Source: Takakia lepidozioides (lineage: Eukaryota; Plantae; Bryophyta). Taken from it: DNA of 64,000 nucleotides. Under the pieces are notes generated by a model that was given only the letters and a program-made list of their open reading frames with translations, searched no databases and was not told where the DNA came from. The position numbers and the translations under genes are program-made. The stretch spans positions 23,994,001-24,058,000 of the forward strand of contig CM060734.1 in assembly GCA_030704615.1 (NCBI GenBank), read 5' to 3'. Positions 11,803 to 24,936 of the stretch are shown here, in pieces; the first letter of the stretch is position 1, and the number at the start of each line of letters is the position of its first letter.

Positions 11803-12510
11803 CCCAGCGTTCATGCAGACGCTCTTGGAGTCATGCAGCCACCATTCTGCAAGGGTGGTCGACCTCACACTATCCACAGGTTTGTTGGTTCAATACTGTT
11901 TCCATTTTCGAGGTCTTCCAGTTTGCATCCGATTTTGCATCCTCTACAACCTTCTTGAGGCTTTTTGTCTTGGCAAGTGCGACTTACCATGCTTGCAAGG
12001 TTGGCGGGAGAAGCCTTTTTGGCATGGAGGGCGACACCGAACTATTCAAGAGTGTCCTCCTCCCTCTTGTGTCTGGCTCTACGTCTGGCACACAGACTGA
12101 ACAAATTCAAATCAGAAATGATGAGGATACCGAGGATAAGCAGATCGACAACGACTTTTCATGTGAGTAAGTCGGCCATGGAATTGTCATTCCAGTTTGG
12201 GTGCTTGTTCAATTTTGCAGACATCAAATTTACAGTTCTAACTTTAATCATGCTGTGACTTGCAGGAACGGCATCGATGGATCTTCAGGAGAAACCCCCA
12301 TTTGTGCCGAGACTGTTTTCGACAGTCCCCTTTCCACTTTTGTGCTTCCTGTCTATGCCGAAGCAATGGCACTTCAAATGGCCGAGGCTCTATCCCCTGA
12401 CTTCTTATTGCCCGATCGCAGGAGTAGCCATCGTAGATCCGGAGTTCTTAAATTCTTGGACTTGGATGCAGAGGACGCGGGGATACATTGTACTGACTCT
12501 GAGTCAGACC
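11803..12510 (+). pseudogene. 5'-truncated paralog of the amino-MTase C-terminus (SAM-binding region), spliced
   Basis: PAFMQTLLESCSHHSARVVDLTLSTG, then an intron, then ATYHACKVGGRSLFGMEGDTELFKSVLLPL..NDFSC followed by GTAAG. This resembles the N6/N4-MTase tail (VLDPFxGSG..A...GR.F.G.E.D). Confidence 0.75.
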
Positions 12511-14485
12511 GAACTTCGCACTTTTAATGTTCTGTTTATATCCTATTCGGAAATGATTGAATTCCCTTGCCTCATTGCAGTTGTTCCGGCAGAAAAGAAA
12601 ATGAAACAAACAATCCACTCGGATTCAATCTTCATGAATCCATCCCACAAACCCCTCACACTCATGTCATATCCATTGTGCATTCATCTATTGTGTATTT
12701 GTGCATCCTCCATTCAAGAATGTTTTCTATTATTCAACATCCATCCCACATTCATCCATCTGCTTGCATTGTTCCCACACATCCATCTATTTCTCATCCA
12801 CTCTACAGTCATCCATCCTGCATTCATCTGTTGCTTTCAGGTGGGAATGACCACGTCCTTTTATTATTTCGTCCAACTTGTTTCCGCGGTTGAGGGTGCT
12901 CTTCCGCGGAAATATACTTTGCTTCTTACTTGGCGCACGTTGACGTGGCGTTTAAGCTCGATGACGTGGAGTGAGCCCGGTGACGTGGCGTTCGCTCAAG
13001 GCGACGTGGCGTGAGCGCTGCTGCGCTCACTCCGAGGCATCCCTGCCTTCTATGCCTACGCCTCCAGTATGATTGTGCCATTTTAAGGTCTTGCAGCCTG
13101 ACATGAGTCAAAGCATTTGAGGCGCATAAAGTCTCACAGGGGTGGAAGGGCAGGGAATCTTGAGCAGCCCGAGGGCATTTGGTCGCGCTGAAGGCTATGA
13201 AGTTAGGGGTGAGCCAGAGAAAGGAGGGGGCGCCGCCAGAAGTTGTCTATTCATCGAGGAAGAAGAAAAGGGGGGGGGGGAGACTCCAGAAACCTTGTGA
13301 GATTTGGAGAGTAGGGATTTGCTGCATGATGAGCATCTAGCTTAGGAGTAGCAAGATAGAAATGAAAGTGGCTCAAGGATGATGAAAGCTATGTGCTCAA
13401 TCCGAGCGGCACCCTGCTTTACTCAGACCTTGGTTTAACCGTGGTAGGAGCCAGAGGGGGGATAGAGGGGACGGTCATTTTAGTTGAACTATCTGCTGCT
13501 ACTTCAACAGGCTTAGGAATACTTTGCCTCTGTCTCTTGCGACTAATGCCAGAAGAATACTCAGTTAATTTGTAATCTGTGCCCCTGGGGACCTGGCTGT
13601 CTTTGCTCCAGCCCAAAGCTCTTGCTATTTCTCAACTCCACCCATATCCTCTGTCTTATACCCACCGTCCTCCATATCAAGACACAAGCAAGCTTCGTCG
13701 AAGAGATGTATGATATAGACGAGCATCGAAAGCTTTGTCTGTGGCTTACCACCCACTACAATCTCAAAGTATTCACCGCCCTGGGAGTTGCAGGGTGTAC
13801 AACCTGCTTTTCTCCAAATAACAATTCGTCGTTGGTTATGGCGGTGAGTGAAACCAGTCTTAAAGCAAACACTTCCCATTGTGTCCTTGAACTCCACATT
13901 GACTATGTTGAAGGGGTTGTTGGGTTCCGTAAACCCATAGCTCTGTTCTTTCAGTTTCTTTCTGTTCAGGGACCTGGAATGGTAGCATGTCTCCCTCTCT
14001 CTCGATACTTTGGCTCCTGGCCTCAAGACTGCAACAAACAATGTCTTAAAAGTACATTCTACTTTGGCTCGTGAGCCCATGATGTAGCCATCTGTGGACT
14101 TCATAAGGTTTCTCCTTTCTTTCTTTCATTTTGTCTCCTGTGAGAGGCCATTGTGCAAAAATTCATTTCTATTCTCCCTCTTTTCTCTACCTACATGAGG
14201 CAGCCTGTCTCCATGCACCAATTTGAGTTTTTTGGCACATTTAGTTTTCCTTGTTCTTTGGGCCTCCTGTGGACCATAATAAATTCGTTCTTCACTTTTC
14301 TTCTTTCTTAGACGAGAAATGGGTGAACACCCAAGATCAAACTTTATGAATTGAAAACCTCTCCAACCATACACATAGGCAACGTAGCTCAACTGATTGC
14401 CCAGCCAGTGGACATCAATGATATTGTGAGTGCTCATTACAACTAGAATCTTCTCGGATTCTAGAGAAAAGACATGGATCTCTAC

Positions 14486-14666
14486 CTTGTAAAGTTCTTC
14501 ATCAAACTATGTCAACTGTGCACATTTGGCCATCGCCTCCTTTTGCATAAAGTAGGGGGTCTGCAATAATGTATAGCCTCGCTTCATCAGGAAGGTCAGC
14601 CCAAAATTTACAAGAGCTTGATTGAACAGGACACAATATTGCTTCAAGAAGTAGCCCCTACCTCCT
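14486..14666 (-). pseudogene. Orphan exon of cytosolic seryl-tRNA synthetase with an in-frame stop
   Basis: Manual translation: GGRGYFLKQYCVLFNQALVNFGLTFLMKRGYTLLQTPYFMQKEAMAKCAQLT*FDEELYK, ending at a GT donor. Confidence 0.9.
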
Positions 14667-14719
14667 CAACAACATGGCGAGCTCAAACTAGAGGAGAAAA
14701 AGATAGACAGAGCAGTGGA

Positions 14720-17590
14720 AGGTGACATGGCGCACAATTGCGCACATGGTCCTTTCATACCATGCCATCTCGACCCTCCAGAATCAATACTCCTGAAGGC
14801 AACACCTCCCTGACCCTTAGAATCACACCTCCTGCTATGACATCCAAGGTCGTAGGCGCTGTCTGCTGGAAATACACATAGTCCCCAGGGTGGAAACGCC
14901 GAACACTTGGCCGATATCCCCCTCCACGTATAGTGGTGTACCTCAATGTGTCTCGGTGTTGGGCAATAGCAAGGTTCTCAAAAGCCATAGGCATGACTCT
15001 CTTGAACAAATCTACCCACTGGGCACACGCTTGTGTCCACACATCCGGATCATCAAGGTTGAGAACTATTGCAGCCTCCCTGCGAATAGATGCAGGCAAA
15101 TCCGGCTCTCGGCCGAAGAGAAGAAAGTAAGGTGAGAAGGAGGCAAGTGAAGCTTGTTTGCTGAACCTATAGCCCATAGTTAGCCAAGGCAGCTGAAGGT
15201 CCCAATTTCCTAGGTGTCCCTTCTGCAAACCGTACTTGCGCAAACCTCTCTTGACTGTCTGAACAACTCTCTCCGCCAAGCCATCAGCCTCGGGATGATC
15301 CCGAGAAGTAGTGCGGTGATCTATCAAGGCTTGCTCACACAAATCCTGAAACTCTCCCAAGAACTCTCTCCCCTGGTCCGCGAGTACCTCGGCTGGAGCA
15401 CCAAAATGGCTAAGCACTCGATCTAAGAATGCATACGCAGCCCCCTCATTTGCATTGTCAGGCAATGCTACCAGTTCAATCCATTTGGAGAAGTGTTCCA
15501 CCATCACCAGCACATACTTGTTATGGCGAATCGTCAGTGGCAATGGGCCTGCAAAGTCAAGACTCCAACGATAGCCCAAACCCATAATGGGTAAAGGATG
15601 CAATTGTGGAGTAGGGGCGTTGAGAGAAGCCCGCACTCTATCACATACCATGCACCTTGCCACTAACTATTGCACATCCGTGTGCATGTCCCGCCACCAA
15701 TACTGCCCTTGTAGCAAACTATGAGTGCGCCGCACCCCAAAATGTCTCAACTCCTCATGGGTATGGTGTACCAATCGCGCTCGTTGTGTTGGATGAGACA
15801 CAATCCTCACTCGTCCATCCTCCCAGACCTGGAGTAGGTGAGTTCCCTCCCACTTGAATCTCTTGGCTCATTGTAGGACCCGATCCCTCTCCTTAGCAAT
15901 CACACTGACTGCTGTCTCTCCGGTACGAAGGTATGCCAACACTGCTGCATCTTCATGCACATCCTTAGCACCACCAAACTCCTCACTAGTCTCTGGATCG
16001 TCATGCACGCTATCTACATGACCAATCGCATGGGATGAACTAGCTTGAGCTCCCATTGCTAGAATGCACAAAAAGGCCGATGCATGCCATCCTGCAGACA
16101 CCATCTCCTCATCCGTCTCACCATGCCACCGAGCTCCAGTATCATCATGCTTGCTCGTGCATGGATTACGACTCAATCCATTTGCATCCCGATTGACAAT
16201 ACCGGCTCGATGCACCACCTGGAAGTCGTACTCTTGAAGCATAAGTGCCCACCGTGCAAGCTTCCCTGTAAGCTTGTCTGACTCCATCAACAATGGTTGG
16301 TGATCCGTGACAAGAGTGAAGAGATTGCCATAGAGGTAGCATTTGAAATGTGCCACTGCCCATATCGCAGCTAGACACTCCCCTTCATAGGAACTATATT
16401 TTGCCTCGGCATCATTGTTCGAGCGGCTAGCATATGCCACTACGAAACCTCTTCCCTCATCATCCACCTGTGTGAGCACTGCTTCAATCCCCAGCATACT
16501 CCAATCCGTATGTAGCTGGAAAGGCCGCCCCCGAATAGGCCGCCTCAGAATAGGTGCAGAAATCAATCGAGCCTTGAGTTCCTCAAAGGCTTCCTCCTGC
16601 TCCTCCTCCCACTGCCACTCTTGACCCACCTTGGTCAACTTGGTAAGAGCATTTGCAATGCTGCTAAATCCCTTGACAAACCATCGATAGTAGTTTGTCA
16701 ATCCCATGAAAGCACAAACTCTGCTCACATCCATGGGGCGTGGAATGCATGCAATGGCCTCCACCTTTGTCTGTTGAACACTCAATCCTCCAGGGTATAT
16801 TATGTGGCCCAGATACTCAATCTGATTGTGGAAGAACTTGCACTTTCTGGGGTGCAGTTTCAACCCGTGCGCTCTCAAGCGCTCAAACACCACCTGAAGG
16901 TGTATCTCATGCTCCTCAACCGTAGCACTAAAGACGATGATGTTATCAATATGGCACCGGACGAAGTCTAGCCCCGCGAGAATCCTATCCATGACCCTCT
17001 GAAACTCTGCAGGAGCATTCTTCAACCCAAACGGTAAGAACCGCCATTGGTACAAACAATCCTTCCCATGTTGGTCAATCCCCCAGAATGCCGTCTTTGC
17101 TTTTCAGCCTCTTTGATTGGCAACTGGTGGTAACCGGATCGCAAGTCCAATGTGCTAAACACCTTTGCATGCCCAATGACATCAAAGATCTCCTCTGGAG
17201 TTGGCATGGCATATCTATCGGGACTTAGTCTGACGGTTCACAGGACGATAGTCCCCACACATCCTTCTTTCTGTCCAATTGCCATAGATATCATTCTTAG
17301 CTGGCATCACCGTTGCCGAGGCATACTCCTCGCCTGACAACTCCACCAATCCAGCTTCGAACAACTCCATAGTCTGTGACTGGATCAATGACCTCTCCAT
17401 GTCACTATACCTGTAGGGCCTTCGAAAGATTGGCGTGTCACTTGTCAAATCAATACGAATCTCCTGACCCTTCAAACTCCCCAAATCCTTCAAACTGAAG
17501 GCAAAGCAATTTCTATAAGCCCTTAGAAATCGCTGGATCCTCCGTCTCTCTCCTCCGGTGACTGGGGGGATGCTAAACTGTGAGCGGCTC
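14720..17590 (-). mobile_element. Ty3/Gypsy pol (RT-RNaseH-INT) of the PHD-tailed family, frameshifted, truncated just before the PHD
   Basis: RT: RMCGDYRPVN, LDLRSGYHQ, PFGLKNAP, HIDNII. RNase H: LHTDWS..YEGECLA..TDHQPL. INT: WSLDFAGP..DQGREF..HPEADGLAER. Confidence 0.95.
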
Positions 17591-18451
17591 ACGTGAGCAG
17601 AAAGATTCGTGAGCGTGAAGATACCAATCCGTGAGCAGAAAGATTCTCATGGATGAGGATGAATATCACCGCAAGGGCCTGTAACCGGGGATGGAAAAAC
17701 CATGCGGGACCTGTGTCCGTGGGAAAGTCTGCACACAACGCGGCAGTAGTTTGCAACAATGTAGAAGAGACAATGGCAGCAAGCCGATGGAATGCGAATG
17801 AATGGAGGGTGGAATTTGGATGAATAATGGATGAAAGTCGATGGATGATAAATGAAGTAGATGGATGAAATTTTGGTGGATGGTGTGAGTTTGATGAATG
17901 AATGTTGGATGAATTTTGGATGTTCAGGGATGCAATCCGGCACATTGATGGATTAATGCATGCTCATATCATTGGATGAATGTTTGAAAAGAATGTGGAT
18001 GTTGAGATTCTCTATTGTTGACGTCTGCAGGATGGATGAACGGGCACAAGCATTATTGAAACCATAGAAGTCGATATTGCTTCATTATCCATAGAAAGTC
18101 CGAAAATTTATGGGTCATTTCGATTGTCCAGATCCACTAGTAGAGGAGCTTTCATTGGAAACTGAAGCACAACTATCAATGAACACCATAGTCCCACTAT
18201 GCACACGTCCATTCCTGCCACAAACCTGTCTAGGGGGAGATGTTTCGAGAGCAAATGTTTTTGCTGCAGCCTCAGCATAACATGACAATTCAAGCATGGG
18301 TGGCGGACTTGGAAAGAAGTCCGGGTTCGCATAGAAAGGGAGGAACCTAGGCGTAGTTGGGCTCCTGCAAAATTTTGCAAACTTTCATGAGAATCCCCAA
18401 TTCCGACGCCACAACGGAGTCCCATGCAAAGAAGAAAAAGCACATGACTTA

Positions 18452-19010
18452 CTCACAATCAAAATCGTCGTCATTTTCGATGTCCTCGTAATCCAACGGC
18501 ACTGTTGTGGCAGCGGCATCTGTCTGGGTACCTGAGGTGAAGCCCTCATGGAGGGGAGCAATTACCTCTTTGTACAGCTCTCCATCCCCCTCAAAGGCGA
18601 ACAGATGTCTTCCAGCAGCCTTGCAGGCATGGAACGATGCCCCTGCCAGACGAATAAACCAAATGAGCCACGATATGCGCACGAACCTGCACTTTCGAAC
18701 TACAACAATGAAGGCAGATTATTGCTAGAGTATGAAGGCCGAACCTGTTCTAAGAGTGAGGTCAACAACACGGGACCCTTCAACACTGCAAGACTCGATG
18801 ACTGTCTGCATGAATGCAGGACTCTTTTCCCGTGCACCTCTCCATGGCTCTCCGGAATTCCACAGCACAATAAGTGAGGCGTCCACGTAGTTGTAGATAA
18901 AATCATCATCCACGGGATCGCAAGACGAGTCAACATGCGTTCCCCCTTTCAAGACCTGGAACTCCTTGACGGATGACGGTGTGGATGGGTAGCGTTCTCT
19001 TATGAGACAA
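18452..19010 (-). pseudogene. Third paralog of the amino-MTase C-terminal region, spliced
   Basis: TPSSVKEF..DDFIYNY..GEPWRGAREKSPAFMQTVIESCSVEGSRVVDLTLRTG, then an intron, then ASFHACKAAGRHLFAFEGDGELYKEVIAPL..DDFDC followed by GTAAG. It overlaps in homology with both other copies. Confidence 0.78.
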
Positions 19011-19269
19011 TGTGCATCAAAAGCTCGTGTCTACGAAATGAAAACACCGGACTCAGTCAGGCGAACGCCAAGGCAACATCAAGGTAGGTAGCAGATGACA
19101 ACCTTGCACTACGATTTTGTCAATGCAAGGATGCAGGAGAAGATTGACAGCGCAAAAGGAAAATAAGTCTATCCAAACACGGGGAACATTTCTACAAGAT
19201 TTAATGAAATGGAGGATACGACATACCTTCTGGCCTGGGAAGTCCCCCTTTGTAAGTGGGAGACTGTTA

Positions 19270-20212
19270 ACTCCACATAGTCCCCATGATGGAAACGCCA
19301 AACACCTGGCCGATATCCTCCTCCATGTATAGTGGCATACCTCAATGTGTCTCGGTGTTGGGCAATAGCAAGGTTCTCAAAAGCCATAGGCATGACTCTC
19401 TTGAACAACTCTGCCCGCTGGGCACATGCTTGTGTCCACATATCCGGATTATCAAGGTTGAGGACTACTGCAGTCTCCCTGCGAATAGATGCAGGCAAAT
19501 CTGACTCTCGGCCAAAGAGAAGGAAATAAGGCGAGAATGAGGCAAGTGATGCTTGCTTGCTAAACCTGTAGCCCATGGCCAACCAAGGTAGCTGAAGGTC
19601 CCAATCTCCCAAGTGTCCCTTCTGCAAGCCATACTTGCGCAAGCCTCGTTTGCCTCGGGATGATCCCGAGAAGTAGTGCGGTGATCTATCAAGGCTTGCT
19701 CATACAAAGCCTGAAACTCCCCCAAGAACTCTCGCCCCTGGTCCGTGAGTACCTCGGCTGGAGCACCAAATTGGCTAAGCACTCGCCCCCTCACTTGCCT
19801 TGTCAGGCAATGCCACCAGTTCAATCCATTTGGAGAAATGTTCCACCATCACCAGCACATACTTGTTATGGCGAATCGTCAGTGGCAATGGACCTGCGAA
19901 GTCAAGATTCCAACGATAGCCCAAACCCATAATGGATAAAGGATGAAATTGTGGAGTAGGTGCATTGAAAGAAGCCCACACTCTATCACACACCATGCAC
20001 CTTGCCACTAACTGTTGCACATTCGTGTGCATGCCCCGCCACCAATACTATCCTTGCAGCAAACTATGAGTGCACCGCACCCCAAAATGTCCCAACTCCT
20101 CATGGGCATGGCGTACCAATCGCGCTCGCTGTGTTGGATGAGGCACAATCCTCACTCGTCTATCCTCCCATACTCGGAGTAGGTGAGTCCCCTCCCACTT
20201 GAATCTCTTGGC
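19270..20212 (-). mobile_element. Second integrase fragment of the PHD-tailed Gypsy family
   Basis: Closely similar to 14875-15865 (LDFAGPLPLTIRHNKY, KYGLQKGHLGDWDLQLPW), with small deletions. Confidence 0.93.
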
Positions 20213-21250
20213 GGAGAGTTTTCTACTGGGAGGGGGGGGCAGTCACCTAACAACGTCCAAACTATTTTCTTATCAGTTTTATGAGGGGTGAAGAAGAAGA
20301 GGGAGGAGCAAGCATGCATCACCATGCTTACTATAGAGGCCACTCGACAGTCTCGTCTGGCAGGAGAAAGATAATTGACTGGTCGGGCGCCACTATGGAG
20401 TGTTGAGGCAGCACATTTGATGCAGAATTGGGATTGTTGAGGTCATGTGGCACCAGCTCTCTGTGGTAGTTTGGCTCCTGCCAGTGTTGTTGTCTTCCTT
20501 TTGCATCTTGTATATTTCATCCACTAGGCCAAGGCCTGCCTCGAATATGAGCTTGTTGCATACCCACTCAGTGGGGTCCTTAACCCTGCAAGAAAGGTAA
20601 GCCTTCTCCACCCAAATCCAAGCATTGTGATTTCCAGTAGTATCCAGGTCCCTACTGAAAAAGAGTGGCAGCACATGGATAAATGATAAGTCCCGGTGAG
20701 TGTCACTATTCTCAACCATAACTCCAATGTGCTGCAGACTGGCTAGAGAGAGATTGAGTTTAGGGAAGAGATCTTTGAGTAGCCCTTGGGTTTAAGGCCA
20801 ATGTGATCTCTTTTTCCTTACCCAAACCAAATTGCTTGGCGATGTCCTCGTCAACCCAGGCAGAGTGGAAGCCTTCCTTGACAATTGGAAAACAGAAGTT
20901 GGTGTAGTCATCGAGGAAGGTGTAGATGAGAGGGGTGATACAGATGGCAGCCTTCTCCCGAGCATAAGCCGACCATGGAGCCCAGCCTGTTAACGCCCTT
21001 CTTTTGAATGAGTGCAATTCGAGGAAAGAGATGGTAAGGCTAGTGCTATCCAGCTGCACTAGCTCCTCTTCCGAGAAAGGGAAAGAAACCCATGCCTCCA
21101 TGATTCTGACTGGAGTTGAGGGCATAAGAACCACCATCTTCGGAACCCCATTATCCTTGTTGTAATCGAAGTGCAGTACTGCATCATCATCGACCATACT
21201 TAGGATATGATCCTGTGGTGGCTCATATACGTTGATTGCTCCTATGTATG

Positions 21251-24200
21251 TGTCGCGCACCTCACTTCGGTAAGCTCCCCTTCAAGTCATAGATACTCGC
21301 TTTGATGCGCGCGCCTAACTTCCAAACTGACCGCCATGCCAACTCGGAGCTTCGGCTGCTCACGGGGACATAACGGTCCCCCTTTGCTCCTCCACAAGAC
21401 CCTCGCTCACTTTGGGCCTAGTGGAAATTCCCTTTGGTTGTTTGGCAGTCCGGAACAGCTCCCCACACCTTGGTCGCTTTCCGGCACGCACGCTTACTCA
21501 CTAGTTTTTGGTCACCAATGGGCTTGCACCGTTCTCGGGGTTACTACTCCCTATATATACTTCTGTGACTGTCCGTGGGGGTTTCACAAACAACACCGTC
21601 CTTTTATGGCGAACCACCACGAAGACCCTTGACTCCCGGTGATGAGTCGTGGTGAGTCTTGGCCCACCCACCACGGCCCCAATGGACCGTGATGAGTCCC
21701 AAGACTCCCCACGACTCCCACCACAAGGTCTCCGCCCCATGGTGAGTCCTATGCCATCCCCACTAAGACCCACTAAGCTACCACCACCCCTCGTGGAACC
21801 ACCCCCACCGCAACCCGGTGTGCGGGGGCTCCACCTAGTGAGCGCCTCCGCCTCCTTGAGTGCCTTGGGCACTCAAAGGTGTTTCAGCCCCTGTACCTAT
21901 TGTTGCCACTGTCCCTACCACAGGGGCAGCCCCTCTTGTGTCCCGACCCCCTGCCCTCAAGGCAAAGGGCCGCAACACACACCCCTACCAACGGGGAGTC
22001 GATGTCCTCATCGACTTGTCCGTTTTGTAGAAACTAACATCCAAGTTGTGGCGTCCCACATCAAGGAGTTTGTTTCTGTACCATGGCGTTCCATGGCAAA
22101 GAACAAAACCCCCACTTGACTCTACTCTCCACTAGCTAGTTCGGCCAACTTCCTCCAAGTCCTGGCCAAGGGTGGAGCTTCTCAAGCTCTACCCAATGCA
22201 CTCTTCTTTGCCTACTTCAAGGCCAAGGGACGATCCTCCTCGAGGATCGAATCGCCTTACTGCAACAACATTGCTTGCAACCGCTCATGATGCCGCTTTT
22301 TGGCATCACCTTGAGCAAGGGTTCACCTTGAACCTTTTTTTGACTAGGAAGATAACCTTGAACCAACCGTGCGCCCCAATCACTACAATTGGGTCCGCCT
22401 TGGAATGCTGGCCTGAGATACGGGAACACGCTGAAGCCGCACTACGACTTTGTCCCGAGGCTACACGATTATAGTACGTGAACGGAAGCACGTAGCTTCC
22501 GCGTTAGCCCGCACTACAAGACAACCTCCTCGATAGCACAGTTATAGTATGCGCACGCGCCAGGTGCGCACTAGCACGTGAACTCCCAAAGAAGGCGCAA
22601 GTTTCCTTACCCCTTGGATGGGAGCCACCCGATTTTGGCACTGCGCAAACACATAATTAATCCAATTTACCTCTCCCACTTTTGTAAGCTAGCATGCATT
22701 CTACACACTAGCCAACCATACCATGCATCACCATTCCAAACAAAATAGGATGCACCACATTTGGAAACCATTTCATTTATAAACAAAATTTGTACAACAA
22801 AAGTTTTTGCAATCGGATTCCTGAGCTAGCTAAGCCGGACTAAGCATGCATTTCCTTCCCCACGATCCAAGGTTGATGTCCCCATCAACGCTTCTTCCGC
22901 TTTTGAGGTCGCCCTTCGAAAGCTGCAACCGCCTCGGATGCGTTTCCCATTTCTGAGGCACGCACCCAAGTTGCCTCCACTTGATGATAGCCCTTCCATT
23001 TCACGAGATACTCTGTTTCTCAATTCTTGAACCTCCTCGACTTAAGCACTGCCTCCACCTCGTACTCAGGTTCATTTTCATGATCCAACAGCACAGGTGG
23101 CGGACGCAACACTTGGTGCCGATTCGGACGCGCTTCATCTTTGAAGTAAGACTTCAAAAAGGAAATGTGGAATACCGAATGCACCTTGCTGTTTGCCGGT
23201 AGCTCCAATTCATACACATCCTCATTCATAACCTTCCAAATGCGAAAGGGCCCCGCATACGGAGGTACGAACTTTGGACTCACTTCCGGAGGTAGTCGAA
23301 AATTCTTGATGTTCAACCAGACCTCGGTACCTGCCTCAAACTTAACTTCCCTCCGCTTCCGATTCGCCTGTCGTTCATACCGTTTCCTAGCTTTGGCAAT
23401 GTTGTACTTTGCGAGCTCCAACAAACACTCGCGTTCTTCCAGCACTGGTGCTGCTGCCGGCTCCTCACCGTCCTGGGCGGCCCAACTTGTTGGCACCAGA
23501 GGTGCTTTTCCATAGACCAATACGAAAGGGGAAACTCCCGTTGCGGAGTGTTTTGTGTTATTATAACAGAACTCTGCCGCATCCAAGTGCTCCACCCAGT
23601 CTGACTGGTCTGCTGACACATAATTCCGCAAGATCTGCTTCACCACGGAATTCACTCTTTCCGTTTGGCCGTCCGTTGTAGGTCGGAAGGCCGTGCTCAT
23701 CTTGAGCCTCGTCCCCATTTTCTTCCAAAGTGTTCTCCAAAATTTACTTTTAAACTTTGGATCGTGGTCCGAGACAATATCCTTCGGGAGTCCATGATGC
23801 TTGAAGACGTGGGCGAAGTAAAGTCGCCCTGTCTCCTGCGCCGTTGCCGTCTCCTTGGTGGGGATGAAATGGCCCATTTTACTAAACCTATCCACCACCA
23901 CCATGATTGCATCGAATCCTTTTGACAGCGGCAAAGCAGTCATGAAATCCATCGAGACACTTTCCCAAGACCCCTCTGGAATCGGCAAGGGTTGTAACAG
24001 CCTCGCTTGCTTTTTGTACTCGCTCCGGTTTTGTTGGCATGTGGTGCATGTCTTGACATACTCCTCGGCCTTCTCCCTTAGTTTGGGCATGAAATACTCT
24101 TTCTTCAAGAGTGCACGTAGAGACGCTTTTGCTTGTACCGGAGCAGTCCATTGTGCAAGAGGAACTGCGATTTAATCCCCAACCTCAAGTCCTGCATCAC

Positions 24201-24936
24201 AGACTTCATCATCTCATCCTTCCGGTAAGCCTTCCAAATCTTCCTTTGGAGCATCGTCTCGCCCCTGTACACCAACATGAGCTGCTGCTTTCTACTTAAA
24301 GCATCGGCCACCACATTGTCCCGTCCCGATTTGTACTGGATATCCACGTCGAACACTGCCAAAGTGTCTTGCCACCTAAGTTGTTTTGGGGACAACTTAG
24401 GTTGCGTGGCAAAATACTTCACCGTGACATTGTCCGTGAACACCTTCACCGGGGGAACCAACATAGTGGCACCAAAGCTCAAGCAATGCACCACCGCCTT
24501 CATCTCTTTCTCGTGCGTAGGCCACCGTCGCTCCACTTCATTCATGTGATTACACAAGATGGGATCAAAATGGATGACAGAAAGGTGAGGACGATCTTGG
24601 ACTGGGAGCCTCCGACTTCGGTCCTAGGAGTGCGATCCTTCCTAGGACTCGCCTCCTTGCCCGACCCCATGGTGAGGCCGAGGACGATCGCGTACTGAAC
24701 TCTAAGCTCTGATACCAAGTGTCGCGCACCTCACTTCGGTAAGCTCCCCTTCAAGTCATAGATACTCGTTTTGATGCGCGCGCCTAACTCCCAAACTGGC
24801 CATCGGGCCAACTCGGAGCTTCGGCTGCTCACCGGGACATAACGGTCCCCCTTTGCTCCTCCACAAGACCCTCGCTCATTTTGGGCCTAGTGGAAATTCC
24901 CTTTGGTTGTTGGCAGTCCAGAACAGCTCCCCACAT
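21251..24936 (-). mobile_element. Chromovirus-type Gypsy LTR retrotransposon, internally deleted and rearranged
   Basis: LTR copies start TGTCGCGCACCTCAC at 21251 and 24720 (about 215 bp alignable). tRNA-iMet PBS TGGTATCAGAGC at 24717-24706. RNase H: HEKEMKAVV..TDN. INT: SVSMDFMTALP..PTTDGQTERVN..YAGPF. Chromodomain start: PEYEVEAVLKSR. PPT GGGGAAGGAAA at 22861-22851 abuts a TG LTR start at 22850. Confidence 0.92.
21521..22275. repeat. Dispersed ~750-bp repeat, copy 1 (inside the chromovirus 3' LTR)
   Basis: Aligns by eye with 30135-30885 (GGCTTGCACCGTTCTCGGGGTTACTACTCC...GAATCGCCTTACTGCAACAACA). Confidence 0.9.

Noticed and set aside
20393-21250. ORFs 20760..21260 and 20393..20719 as a host gene
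   Set aside because: No recognisable motif, frameshifted and cut by an LTR. Possibly LINE ORF1, but I cannot support that.
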